A program made the translations under genes and the position numbers. Below, piece after piece: positions 12,846 to 24,220 of a DNA stretch of 64,000 nucleotides; within the stretch, counting starts at the first letter, position 1; the number at the start of each line of letters is the position of its first letter. Under the pieces are notes generated by a model. The model did not search any database and had not been told where the DNA came from. It worked only from the letters and a program-made list of their open reading frames with translations. Where the stretch lies: contig OZ316896.1 in the NCBI GenBank assembly GCA_973895155.1, positions 12,256,549 to 12,320,548 on the forward strand. Reading direction: 5' to 3'. The DNA comes from Marsupella aquatica. Lineage: Eukaryota > Plantae > Marchantiophyta.

Positions 12846-15800
12846 ATGTCTTCATCTTCTGAGATCTCCACCACAGATTCTTCCTCCTTCGATGAAGATA
12901 TACCACCTCCTCCTCAACCTCACACGACTGCACCTCCTCCTCGTGGTCCACCCCGTCAGCTTTGCCAATGTGCCAAATGCGTGGGTCAGGTTTCCCAAAA
13001 GTCCTATATATGCACCCAGCATATTGAGAGATATGGACGTTACGGACGTCATACAACAGGGGCTTCCTCATCCCATGTGGTAAGTGTTTACGCCTTAGTT
13101 TCTACCCTATTTCCACATTGCAATGGTGAAGGTTTTTAATTTCACACCTCTTGTTGTTTGTTTTGGTTTGGGTGGAATAGGTATCTAGTAGGCCTAGACC
13201 TGCGGCATCAGCACCTTATGTCCCATCACAAGGTGTTCTAGATGCTATAGGCAATGCATTTGCACAAGCCTTGGGTCTAGCAACAGCCCCCTCCAGTCCT
13301 AGGGCAGTTGGGGGTGAGCCTGTTGTCCCAAGAGGGAGAAAGCGTTCCAAGAGACGGCCCTGAGCGGATACTGATTTGTACAAGGCAGCGGTTACCGGTA
13401 GGTGGGGTAATTGCGAGTTTACTGGCAGATGTGTTCCTATCATCAAGGACTGGGATCCCCAAGACTCTTGGTTTGCCACAAGAGCTTTCCTATGGTGAGG
13501 AGGTAGAGGTTTGGGGAAGACGTTGGGTTATCAAACCTTCCACCCTTGGGGATAGACATGGCTATGGAGTTTTTGCTTGTGAAGACATCATTGTGGATAC
13601 CGAGAGTGGTAGTGGTGGACGCGGTCGAGAAGGACCTACGTTGTTTCCTTATGGTGGACCCATCTACAAGAGAAGACATTGGAACATGATCCTTGCACAA
13701 CATCCTGAGTGGAAGACTTATGCCTTGGAGTTAGATACTTTTGATGGAAACACTAGGAGGTATAGTGAGCAGCGGGTGATAGATGGGGACCCCATACGAA
13801 CTGGGAATATAGCTGGTTTCATAAACAGTACTGTGGGGACTCGCCCCAAGCGTAGGCAAAATTGTGAGTGGGTTTTCATTGAGGGTCCTCCACCAGCCCC
13901 TTATGGCCAGACATATCATCATGACCATTGTCTGGTTGTAGCTACTAGGACCATTCACTCAGGTGATGAGTTGTTTACTCACTATGTGTGGGATTAGAAA
14001 ATGACCATACACATGGCGTTTGGCCACATTTTGTATTTACACCAGTACCGATATTATTTCATGTTTGCACACCCCCATATATTCTTCTACATGTTGTAAC
14101 TATTTGCTTTGTAACTTTCAATTGTTTGCATTGTTTTTAGAATGTGCGACCCTCTCAAAATATGTTACTGCGGAGATTGAGAGCAGCATATCGGGAAATG
14201 GGTATGCCGGAAGAAGGACAAGGCTCTGAGTCACATTCCTCATCAAGTGACAGTGGAAGCAACAACCCTGATCGCAATGTACCTAGAACATATGAACAGG
14301 TTATTGATGACCAAGATAGAGCCATGGATGATTTTATGGTTGATTGGTTTGGTGTTGACGTCCCTGGTGATGATGCTGATCGAGGTGTCTGCTGATCAAG
14401 GAGGTCATGTGCCCCCCAATGATCCACGACCAAGACATACCCTCGAGGGACAGCGCCAATGGGAGGAAGCAGAGGAACATGCCCGAACTCCTATCTATGA
14501 GGGTGCTCGTTTGAGTTGTCTTTCTGCTATCTTGGGGTTGATGAATCTACAGGCCAAACACAAGGCAAGCAATGCCTTGTTATCTGATATGTTTGCACTT
14601 TGCCATGACCTTATGTTACCTTCTGGCAATGTGTTGCCAGGAACTTGGAAGGAGGCCAAGCGTGTTCTCTCATCAATTGGCATGGAATATCATATCATTC
14701 ATGCATGTGTGAATGATTGCATGTTATTTCATGGGGCCGATGAGAAGAAGACACAGTGTACTGAATGTCATGAGCCACGGTATGACCCCAACATGATTAC
14801 AAAGAAGGTGCCAAGAAAAGCTGTTTGTTGGTTTCCCATCATTCCTCGGTTGTTGCACATGTACAGGTGTTCTGATTTGGCAGAGTTGATGGTATGGCAT
14901 AAGACTCATCGATCAGAGCCTGGTGTTATGCGGTTGCCAATTGACTCTCCTGCAGTCAAACATATTGAGGAAACATGGCCAGACTTTGCACATGATCCTC
15001 GGCATGTGAGGTTGGGATTGGCATCTGATGGGGTTAGTCCTCATGCCCTTGGAGGCAAGGGAAGACCTACATCAGTTTGGCCTGTGGTTGTGATGAATTA
15101 CAACCTTCCACCATGGCTATCCATGAAGAAGGGGTTCCTCTTGCTGTCTTTGATTATTCCAGGTCCAAAAAAGGTGAAGAACTTTGACACTTATTTGGCA
15201 CTATTGATTGGAGAACTCCAAAAACTGTGGGGTGGAGTGTGGGCATATGATGGCAGGAAAAATACATGAGGCATTCCACGTGTATTTAAATTGAGAGGGG
15301 TAGTTTGTTGGACAATGCATGACTATCCTGGTAAGATGACTTTTTGACCATATGCCACCCTTCTTTGATATGCTCTTTAATATACTTGTTTGTCATGTGA
15401 CAACCCTAACATTTAGTCTGGTTTTATTTTTGGTGTAACCAGGGTTTGGCTTTGTCTCTGGATTGCAAACTCAGGGGTACAAAGCTTGCTCCACCTGTGG
15501 TCCACAATTGCAAGATATGGCAATTTGGTCCCCATGGCTTAGGAAGATTGTTTACATTGGGCATACAAAGTTTCTTCCGATGGGGCATGAGATGAGGTCT
15601 GACCCACTTTTATTTTCCTCCTTTGACATGCCCCTTGGTGATATGCAGGAAATTCCGGAACCAACAACTTTTGGGCATTGGAAGTCACTAGCTGATAGGG
15701 TGGCAGACCCTAATGATCCCCTCACCTTTGATGGTACTGGGTTGACGAGGTGGAGTATACTAGCCAGTTTGCCCTATTGGTCAGAGTTGAAGATCCGCCA

Positions 15801-17566
15801 TCTTTTAGACCCCATGCACATAGAGGGAAATGTGGGGAAGGCGTTGATAGCTCATTTTTATGGGGAGAAGGACACTAACTTTAGGGAGGCATGTGAAGAG
15901 TTGGAAATGCATCCAGATGTATGGGTACAAGTTGATCCTGCCACAGGTTTGGAACATCGTCCTTCTGCTCCTTGGGTGCTTAGTGTTGGCCAAAGACGTG
16001 AATTCTGGAATCGTATAGGGGAGATGCGGTTTCCTACAGGCTATGGTGACAATTTGAGGAAAGCTTTTGGGATGGAGGACAATCACAAATGGCCACGGTA
16101 TCTCAAGACACATGACTATCACCGCTTATTGCAGCATATATTGCCAGTGGCAATTATAGGGTTGGGGACCAAAGAAGTGCAAGATGCCATTTGGTCATTG
16201 GGTCGTTTGTTGAGATGGATATGCTCAAAGGAGATATATGTGGAAGAGATTCTCGGAATGGAGGTATTGGCAGCTGAGGTGGTTTGCAAGTTGGAGAAGG
16301 CCCTCCCTCCTTCCTTCTTTGATTGTCAGGTTCATTTACTTGTGCATCTTGTGAGGGAGCTAGGTTGCCATTGCTGGTCCAGTTCATTGTCGATGGATGT
16401 ACTGGCTTGAGCGTTACATGTCAATCTTGAAGGCTTATGTACGTAACCGTGCACGAGTGGAGGGAAGCATAGCTACAAGATACTTGGCTGCAGAGAGCAT
16501 GTTTTATTGTAGTAACATCTTGGCCACCATTGATCGGACTTTACCACGTACTTGGATGGAGGAGAGGCAAGAGGAGGAGGACCGTTTAACAGGAGCAACA
16601 AAAACACGCATGCTTACATCAACAGAGTGGACACAGTTGAATACATTCATGTTGAGTAATAGCAATGTCATGGATGAATGGAGGGAGTTTTATGACAATG
16701 CCAAAAGAATGAGTCAAAGGGCAAGGATTTTTCCTAAGTTGCATGAGTTTATGAAGGAAAAGTTGGTTGAGTTGGATGGCATTTTGGCACAAGGAGGAGA
16801 TGTCTCACAGTTTCCTACTATGACAAATGACATTCGGACCATTGTTCATGGCCCATTGAGAGTGGTAACATCCAAGACGGCCATGTGGACCCAAGGGAGA
16901 CACTTCAGGTTTCACTAGTTCCTAACCTTGTTTTCCATATTCATGTACTACTACTTAAGATATAGTAATCATTTTACTTAAGATAAGTGTGTTTTTCTCT
17001 TTTGGTATGAAAGGTTCCTCATAACATGATTAGTGTTTTTTGTGTAGTAGTAACAATATATGGGTCTTGTTAATTTCAGAATTTCTTCCCTTGATGAGAA
17101 GAGGGCTCGTACTTTTGATTGTGGAGTTCAAGGGCAGTTTTGTCAGGACTCCCGGAGTAGCCGACATGACAGGAACATTGTTCGTGATGTTGTGCCACAC
17201 TATGGGAAGATAGAGGAGATTTTGGTGGTCTCATATGACAACCAATCTAAGTTTGAGGAGTATGTCTTCAAGTGCAAGTGGTTCAAAGTGAACCTTGTTG
17301 GTAATAATCGCACTGTACTCCAAGATGAGAGTGGGTTTACACGGTTGAGGACAAGTGCCACTAGTTTTCAAGCATCTCATTGGCAAACGTCAGAGCCATT
17401 TACTTTCCCATCTCACTTGGAGCAATGTTTCTACGTTCCATACCCCTTAGACCCAGAGTGGTCACTTATCATCACATATGTGTCACGGTCTCGTTCCATT
17501 GTTTCAGACAAGCCAGACACTATTTTTGTGTCAGATGTAGAGGACATTGAAGGTGACCAAGTGTGA
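12846..17566 (+). pseudogene. CACTA TnpD/Tnp2 transposase, disrupted; exons 12846-13079, 14141-15330, 15443-16908, 17080-17566
   Basis: Exon 1 encodes CQCAKC...CTQHIERYG, like the transposase-associated Cys/His domain. Downstream motifs: IHACVNDCMLF, RLGLASDG, SVWPV...YNLPPW, TMHDYPG, LDPMHIEGNV, HLLVHL, RWMYWLERY, FKCKWF. Introns are GT-AG. Lesions: frameshift ~14385, in-frame TGA 15267-15269, frameshift ~16360. Confidence 0.92.
13181..13997 (+). CDS. SET-domain protein-lysine methyltransferase exon inside CACTA transposase intron 1 (SET ~13524-13988)
   Basis: ORF 13308-13997 has SET motifs in canonical order: IKPS...GYGVFA, PYGG, IDG...GNIAGFINS...NC, VVATRTIHSGDELFTHY, then stop. There are no post-SET cysteines. 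A strong acceptor lies at 13180. Reading from that acceptor gives a 1-nt frame offset near 13360. Confidence 0.85.
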
Positions 17567-18815
17567 GAGACACTTATGGATATTTAAACCAAAAATCTAT
17601 ATCATGGATTGTTCATGTTGTTTCTTAATTAATATTTCATACACCATTAGTGTGGTAGGTATTTTCATTTTGGACTCCTACTTTCAAAAGAGGTCATGCA
17701 TATAAGTGACATGGGTACTCCCTCCCTTATCCCTCCTCCCTCTTTGAACCCAAACTCTCCTTTCTCTTCCAAAAACTCCATAGCTTTTTCTCCTCCCTCC
17801 CTCTTCGCTAAAGTCTCTCCTATTTTTAGTAAACCCTCTTTGGACTCCCTTCTTCCTCCGTCCCTCATCCACCTTCCAACTCCCTTCCTCCCTCTTTCAC
17901 CTTTCACCTCCCTCCCTCCTCCTCCCCCATTCAAACTCTAACCTAGATGCACACACAAGTCTAACATAAACGTTTGCGAACTGTTTGCGAAACTAAACAA
18001 ATCCCAACCAAATCGCAATTCTGCCATTTCAATCGTTTCTCAATTATTCCATACTATACGCTTCACTATTTTGCGATATCCAGAAAATGCCACCTTAACC
18101 ATCCATATCATTTCGCATATTTGCCATACAAACCCATCGCAAATTGTTTGAAGCTAACCTTTTCGCAAACATCCTCCAATACTAATTGTTTTGCATCATT
18201 AATGTTACCATGGTTTTGGACTTTCAGAGCGGTCGCGGAGCCTTCGTAATGTGTTTTGTAATCTCTGTAGTTTCGCAAACTATTGTGATACAATAAAGTT
18301 CGCAAAATGTTTGCGATGCAAATCGCATGGAAGACCAAAGTTGCGATACCACAAGTATCGCAAATTGCGATGCGTATTGAGTCATCAACGGTTTGAAGCA
18401 TCTGGAATTGCAAATGTGTGTCCGGACTCAAATGAGCTTCGCAAAAGGGCAAAATATGTTGTAGTGCCAGTGTCACAGTCACCCCAATGTTGCAGCCCAG
18501 CAGTTTTCCCAAGGCCAGCGGCCGTGTGCTCCACAAGCTAACGGGACACAACCTCCGTACCAAGATGAAGTGCTAATGGCCATGGGCCCTCAGTCTTGTT
18601 GTGATTGAACTCTTTGCAGTTGGCGAGTGTAGTTACTCAATGCTTCAGCTTTACTCGTGGTTCAAACCCGGTTCAAACCATGGCTGGCTGATGTTGGTGA
18701 GTGTGAAACTTGAGGCCTCTTGTTATGATCTAACTTCTCTGTAGCTGCTCTGGCAAGTGTACTTGATGCTTCAGCTTTTCTCATGGTTCAAACCATGGCT
18801 GACTGATTTTGGTGA

Positions 18816-19147
18816 TGTTAAGGATTGCTCTTAGTCTTGTGACTCAAAGGTTACGGCACTTAGGCTAACCACAGTTAGGGTCTTAGCTGAGGTTAGGTTA
18901 GTCCTGTGTGACCTTGTATATACCAGGGCTAGTGTAAGCTGCTGGTGTGTGGTGCTTACTCATTGTAACGGAGCAACTTGAGGAAGAGGGAGAGCATGTG
19001 TGTTTGTTTACTCTTGAAGTAAAGCTTGAGTGTTCGTGTGGACGTAGCCTTGGAGAAGAGGTGAACCACCTAGAGATTGTGTCGACTACGTGTGCATGGA
19101 ATAAGTCATGGTTGTATGGTCGTTGCAAATGACGTCTTAGTTCAACA
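18816..19147 (+). mobile_element. Solo LTR (332 bp)
   Basis: Starts TGTTA, ends TCAACA, flanked by 5-bp TSD GGTGA (18811-18815 and 19148-19152). Removing it restores the second unit of a local tandem duplication. Confidence 0.85.
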
Positions 19148-19484
19148 GGTGAATGTGAAAGGCAGGGCAGGTGAGGAACCCTAAGTCCCCTTCAAGGACC
19201 AGCCCAAATGCACAAGCACCTCACCCGCTAGCTAAATATATCTCCTTGATGGGATGTCAATAAAGCAACAGATTTCACCAAAAACATACTAGTAAACTCT
19301 TGTCTAGCAATAAAATATTTGCAAAAATGCTTAGTGTTAAGTTTGTTCTTAGTTCGGTAGGGCTTTAGTTCTTTTGCCATTTTGGCTTTTGGGCTTTTTG
19401 GCCATCCTGGCTTTTTCCTTTGTTTCTCTCTTTATTGTATTTTTTGCCTTGGGATACTCACCAGGTCGTGCAGGCTTTATTCTT

Positions 19485-19615
19485 TGGCAGATGTAGAGTT
19501 GATTAAAGGATGTCAAGGCAAGAAAACAATGTTGAGAGTAGGAAAATATGTCGAGGAGAGAAAAGATGAGAAAGATATCAAGGTGAGAAAAATATCTCAA
19601 GGCGAGGCAAGAAGA
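19485..19615 (-). repeat. Inverted, degenerate copy of the 18-bp minisatellite at 21225-21630
   Basis: GATGTCAAGG..., ATGTCGAGGAGAGAAAAGAT and GATATCAAGGTGAGAAAAAT are reverse complements of TCACCTCGACATCTTTT-type units. Confidence 0.65.
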
Positions 19616-21224
19616 TATAGGTTTTGCAATGTAATTATTGAGACATGTTATGTGTGATCCTAACCATGCACTTGTGGTGGTCATGTTCAATACTTGTACA
19701 TTGCAAAAAAATGTCACAGATTGCATAAAAGATGTCATTGCAGATGTCCATGTCAAAAAAAATGGTTGCAAAAGTTATACAAGAGATATGTGATGACAAT
19801 ATAAGCAGACACATTCAAACAACCCTAGGTGGAGGGTGACATCCCCCCTCTTCCTCATGCACCTCCTCTTCCCATTTCTCTTGCCCCCCCCCCCCCTAAA
19901 AAAAAAAGCAAGGGTGTCCCTTTTCTTTGCTTTTCCCTCTTATTGCCTTATATTATTTTCTTTATTTTCACCTTGAGTTCCTTTGCTCCAATTTGTCTCA
20001 TCCCCTATCTTGTACTTATGGGAGAATATGCTACTATTCATCCCTTCACCCATGGGTGCATCATTAATTCTCTTTCCTACTTTGAATTCTATGTCTCCTA
20101 GTCCTTATCCCCTCATAATGGTGTCCCAAGTGCTCATTCCAATGGCAACACATGACACTCACATAGAAGGATGCAATCATTCCCCTCTTAGAGAATCTTT
20201 GTGCATCAAAATAATTTGTCTTGTATGCTTTGGGTTCAAGAGATAGTTTTTTACTAATGAAAGGTTGGGATAAAAGAGGTTATAAATCCAATGGTCATTG
20301 AATGTTCCCTCCAAAAGTGATTTTGTGACCAGATGACCCACCACTTTTGGCAGGATAGGGTATTATAGTAGTAAGATAGTAAGATTTGATTTCTTATGTC
20401 ATCTGATGCCTCATTGTTTCTTATTGTTATTGCCAATTGGCTCGCTTTAGCTTTTGCGCTTTGATTCATTTGAATTAAATAACATATGTAGAAGTAACTC
20501 ATTAAAGGCCTATTAGTACTGGACTTGGTATGGGTACCTAATCACTATAATATACAATCCCACCCTTTTTTACTTATGGTCTTACAAAATGCAGTTTTGG
20601 AGGGAACTCATTATGACCCTTGGATTTAATGCCTAAATATTCATGTCCATGAGATTGGGTGAAAGGATGAATAAAGACTCTCTCCTAGCTTGGGATAGGG
20701 ATGCGCTTCCACCCACACCTAGACTATGGCACTAACATCCATAAAAGGATTCTAATATCAAGGTGACTGGAAATTGAATGTGAGTTGACATGTGACTATA
20801 ATGGGTAGGTGGGTCTAACAAGAAAATCTAAGTAGACTCACATCACTTTTGGACACATGTTTGTCACATTCAATTAATGTAAACATATAGAAAAAGAACA
20901 ATACAAATTAGAGTTTTCAGTTTAAAAGACATCATTCATAGGAAAGTGGTAAAAAAGGCTATTGAGGGGAGAACTAAATTAATTTCTTACTTTTTCTATT
21001 CTATGTGCGAAGAATTTCTTCCAACTTACATTATTTAACACTAAAATCCTAATTCTTTTTTGCAATAACCATATAATTGACCAAGGACACAAATGAATGG
21101 CCCCACACATAAAAATGGCCACAACAATGAAATGGTCACAATGACAATTGGTTGCAACAATGAAATAGTCGCAATAATAAAATGGCTGTAATGACAATTG
21201 TGCACTGCATGGGCAATGGGGTTA

Positions 21225-21630
21225 TCAACTCGACACCTTTTGTCGCCTCAATATCTTTAAGTTTCTCTCCTCGACATCTTTTCTCACCTCGACATCTTTA
21301 TCACCCCAGGATCTTTTAATCACCTCAACATCTTTTATCACCACAACATTTTTTATCATCTTGACATTTTTTATCACTTCAATGTCTTTTTCTCACCCTT
21401 GACATCTTTTTATCCCCTCGACATCTTTTATCACCTCTACATTGTTGATCACTTTGATATCTTTTTCTCATCTCAATATCTTTTCTCACCTCAACATCTT
21501 TTCTCATCTTGACATCTTTTATCACCTCAACATCTATTTTCATCTCAACATCTTTTTCTCTCCTTAACATTTTTTTCTCTCCTCAATATCTTTTCTCCTC
21601 TCCTCGAAATCTTTTATCACCTTGACATCT
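21225..21630 (+). repeat. 18-19-bp minisatellite (consensus ~TCACCTCGACATCTTTTTA), ~20 copies
   Basis: Direct inspection. Confidence 0.9.
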
Positions 21631-21658
21631 GTCGTGCAACGCACGGGCATTGGGCTAG
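21631..21658 (+). mobile_element. Helitron-type 3' terminus (5' end not resolved)
   Basis: Hairpin CGTGC-AAC-GCACG, then GGCATTGGG-CTAG, then T: the typical Helitron 3' signature. Confidence 0.7.
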
Positions 21659-22995
21659 TCTTATTTTATGCTGGGACATTAAATATGCTCCAGGTCAATC
21701 CATGTCATACATCCAAATATTAAATTCACCTCACCAGTTAAATAATTAACTCAACATCTAACCAGTTCAAGATAAACTGTACGTGTTAGGCAAACAAACT
21801 GTGCTTCACAATAGACACAAATAAACACTTCAAAGCATGTGCAAGAGCAACATACCCATGTTGGGGTAATCTTAGGAACAGATCCATGCTTGACAACCCA
21901 GACTTGCATAACACCTTAGTTACTGTTTCAATGCTTGTCTTGAAAGGTGCTTTTATTAAGAAATAATAACCCTGTGGAATTCTTGTTGTTCAAGCTTTGG
22001 AAGGAACCACATTCAGAGACTGAAGGGACCGAGGGCACTGAAGGCAAGGACAGTGAGGCAGAGGGTGTGAGAGTAGGTACTTTTGGCCAATGGTGACAAA
22101 AAAATATTTTTCAGCTGAGGCCATGATTGTTTCCCACCCAGATGACATTTTATAAACTTTCTATGTATGATAGAGCTATGATACTTTCTTTTGTATATAT
22201 CCTCTGGTAAATGTATACTCTTGATTTTCAGTCTAGGTTAGGCATAATCCCTCTACATACCACCGGTTTCTTTGCACACACAAGATTTGCCTTCAGTTTG
22301 AAGTGTAATATTGCTGGTGTTACCTACAGTAGTTCCAAAGCCCTGCCCGCGCCTGATCAGGTCATTTTATCTTATTGAGATTTCTGTTTGTATTTTTGTT
22401 TCAATTTGCCTTAGACAATGTGCATCTTTTGTATTGGACAATGAAATTGTTTCTTATTTCCGTTTTCTAGACCCCCTCTCTAGGCCTATATTTACCTTTC
22501 AATCTTGCCAACCCTTTCTTAGAATATGTCATCTATTTGTTATTTTTGGAAGCTATATATTTGGCATTGGATTTTTGGGGATTTGGAATTATTTTGTGAT
22601 GAGAGTATGGGTTTTCATCGTTACATTTAAGCTATATGTAATTAACATAATTTCATATGCTTGGGATACCTAAACCCTAAGCTATCTCTTCCCAAGAATG
22701 TGAGAAATCCAAGTAGTGTGAGAAACAAACAATCTAAGATAATGCCAACCCCTCCCCTCACAACTACACACTAGCACTCATTGTGTTGTTTCCTAGTTTA
22801 TGGTTTTTAGTGACTTAGATGCCACTAACTAAAGTCGTTATGATTGAGAGAAGCATGAAAGGCCCACCACTTTTGAAACGGATTCATAGTCTTTTAGAAG
22901 CTAAAAAGTTGTGTACTAGAAAAATGACATGTGAGGATAAAAGGGAGACCAACACTTTGTAAGGCCACGAGATGTGAGGAGAGGGCACAAGTACT

Positions 22996-23400
22996 AAGTC
23001 ACCCAAAACTAACTTATTTTTTCTTTTAATTAAGGTGGTTCGTAAAAATTCATCCCAACTTGTAAAAGAAATGATTCAATAATGATTATTCTTAAAATCA
23101 GAATCTTTCATTTTTAGAGGAACATTACGAGACAAGCGGGACGACAAGTCACTTTACTTTCTTTTGGAGGATTCTTACAAATCTAGGTACAAAGTCACCC
23201 AAAACTACGGTATTTTTGCTTTAAAGTGGTTCATGAAAATTCATCCCAACTGTACAAAAGAATGATTAATGATTATTCTTGAAATCAGAATCTTTTTGAG
23301 CATGAAAACACTACATTGTAGATAAATGAGCAATGAAAGCAAATTTCTTTAAGCTAACTAAAGTTGTGAGGATCCCAAAAAGAAAGTAAAGTGACTTGTC
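22996..23400. repeat. ~195-bp-period direct duplication plus ~36-bp inverted repeat (23143-23179 / 23365-23400)
   Basis: AAGTCACCCAAAACT...AATCAGAATCTTT occurs twice; GACAAGTCACTTTACTTTCTTTTGG vs CCAAAAAGAAAGTAAAGTGACTTGTC. Confidence 0.7.
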
Positions 23401-24220
23401 TCAGATACAATGGCCATAAAATCTTGTAAATACCATTTGGGGAAGGGTTATTAACCTACCCTGAAGCTCACGGGTCTCATCAAATAACACTTTTCACATT
23501 TGGGGTTTCATGTAACAAATACCTCAGATTTGGACAAATCATGCCATTATAGGAGAATATAGCAAAGCTTGAAAATTAGGGATGATGACATTAGATCATA
23601 AAGAATAGGTCATAACTTTTTCACAACATTGTGTGCAATATTTTTTCTTTTTTTTCTTTCATCAACCTCTAGAGTGACTAATGGTTATGGCATAAGATCA
23701 ATCCTAATGGCAAATATGGACTATGAATTCTACAGTCCATCTACAACTATAATAAGAGATCCCATGTTTTTTCATCCTTTGTTCCAATACAAAAAAGTTA
23801 CTGGGCGGGAAATGTCCACAGCCATTGGATTATTTGGCTGTTTTCCTTGACCATTGATGAAAGAAATGTGCACCCCTAGCACATATGTGCTTCCCACTGC
23901 CCCATAAATACCCCAGTCGGACTCCCTATGGGCCGGCCCTCCTAGTGCAACTCACTTGCATAGGGCTCCTAACCCATAACTACTGTAGTGACTTCAAGTA
24001 CATCAAGTTGCAAACTTTGAGACGCCCTATTGTGCCACTTTTGCAAGGTGAAAATGTGCCACTTTTGCGAGGTTAAGAAACCTTTGCTCGACGCCTGTGA
24101 CTCCATCGTCATTGCCAACAGCAGACTAAAACCTCAAGACCTCTTCGCGCGTGGTGGAGCTCGAAAGCTTGATGTACTGCAGAGAATGAAGTAGTGCATA
24201 GGGTGACGGCTTTCGATGCG

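Larger units (their letters stand above)
8795..18466. mobile_element. Full-length CACTA (En/Spm) DNA transposon carrying SET-domain cargo
   Basis: Left TIR CACTACAACA...CCCTTTTGCGAA at 8795; right TIR TTCGCAAAAGGG...TGTTGTAGTG ending 18466; 3-bp TSD CCA at 8792-8794 and 18467-18469; subterminal TTCGCAA/TTGCGAA repeats; internal TnpD-type transposase. Confidence 0.96.

Noticed and set aside
21225-21630. CRISPR-like appearance of the 18-bp array (also 7865-8110 and 45800-46125)
   Set aside because: Units are contiguous and degenerate with no unique spacers; eukaryotic context; no cas genes
24194-24220. GTG-initiated N-terminal extension of MED23 in the ORF track
   Set aside because: Eukaryotic gene; the ATG at 24221 has good context (GCGATGG)
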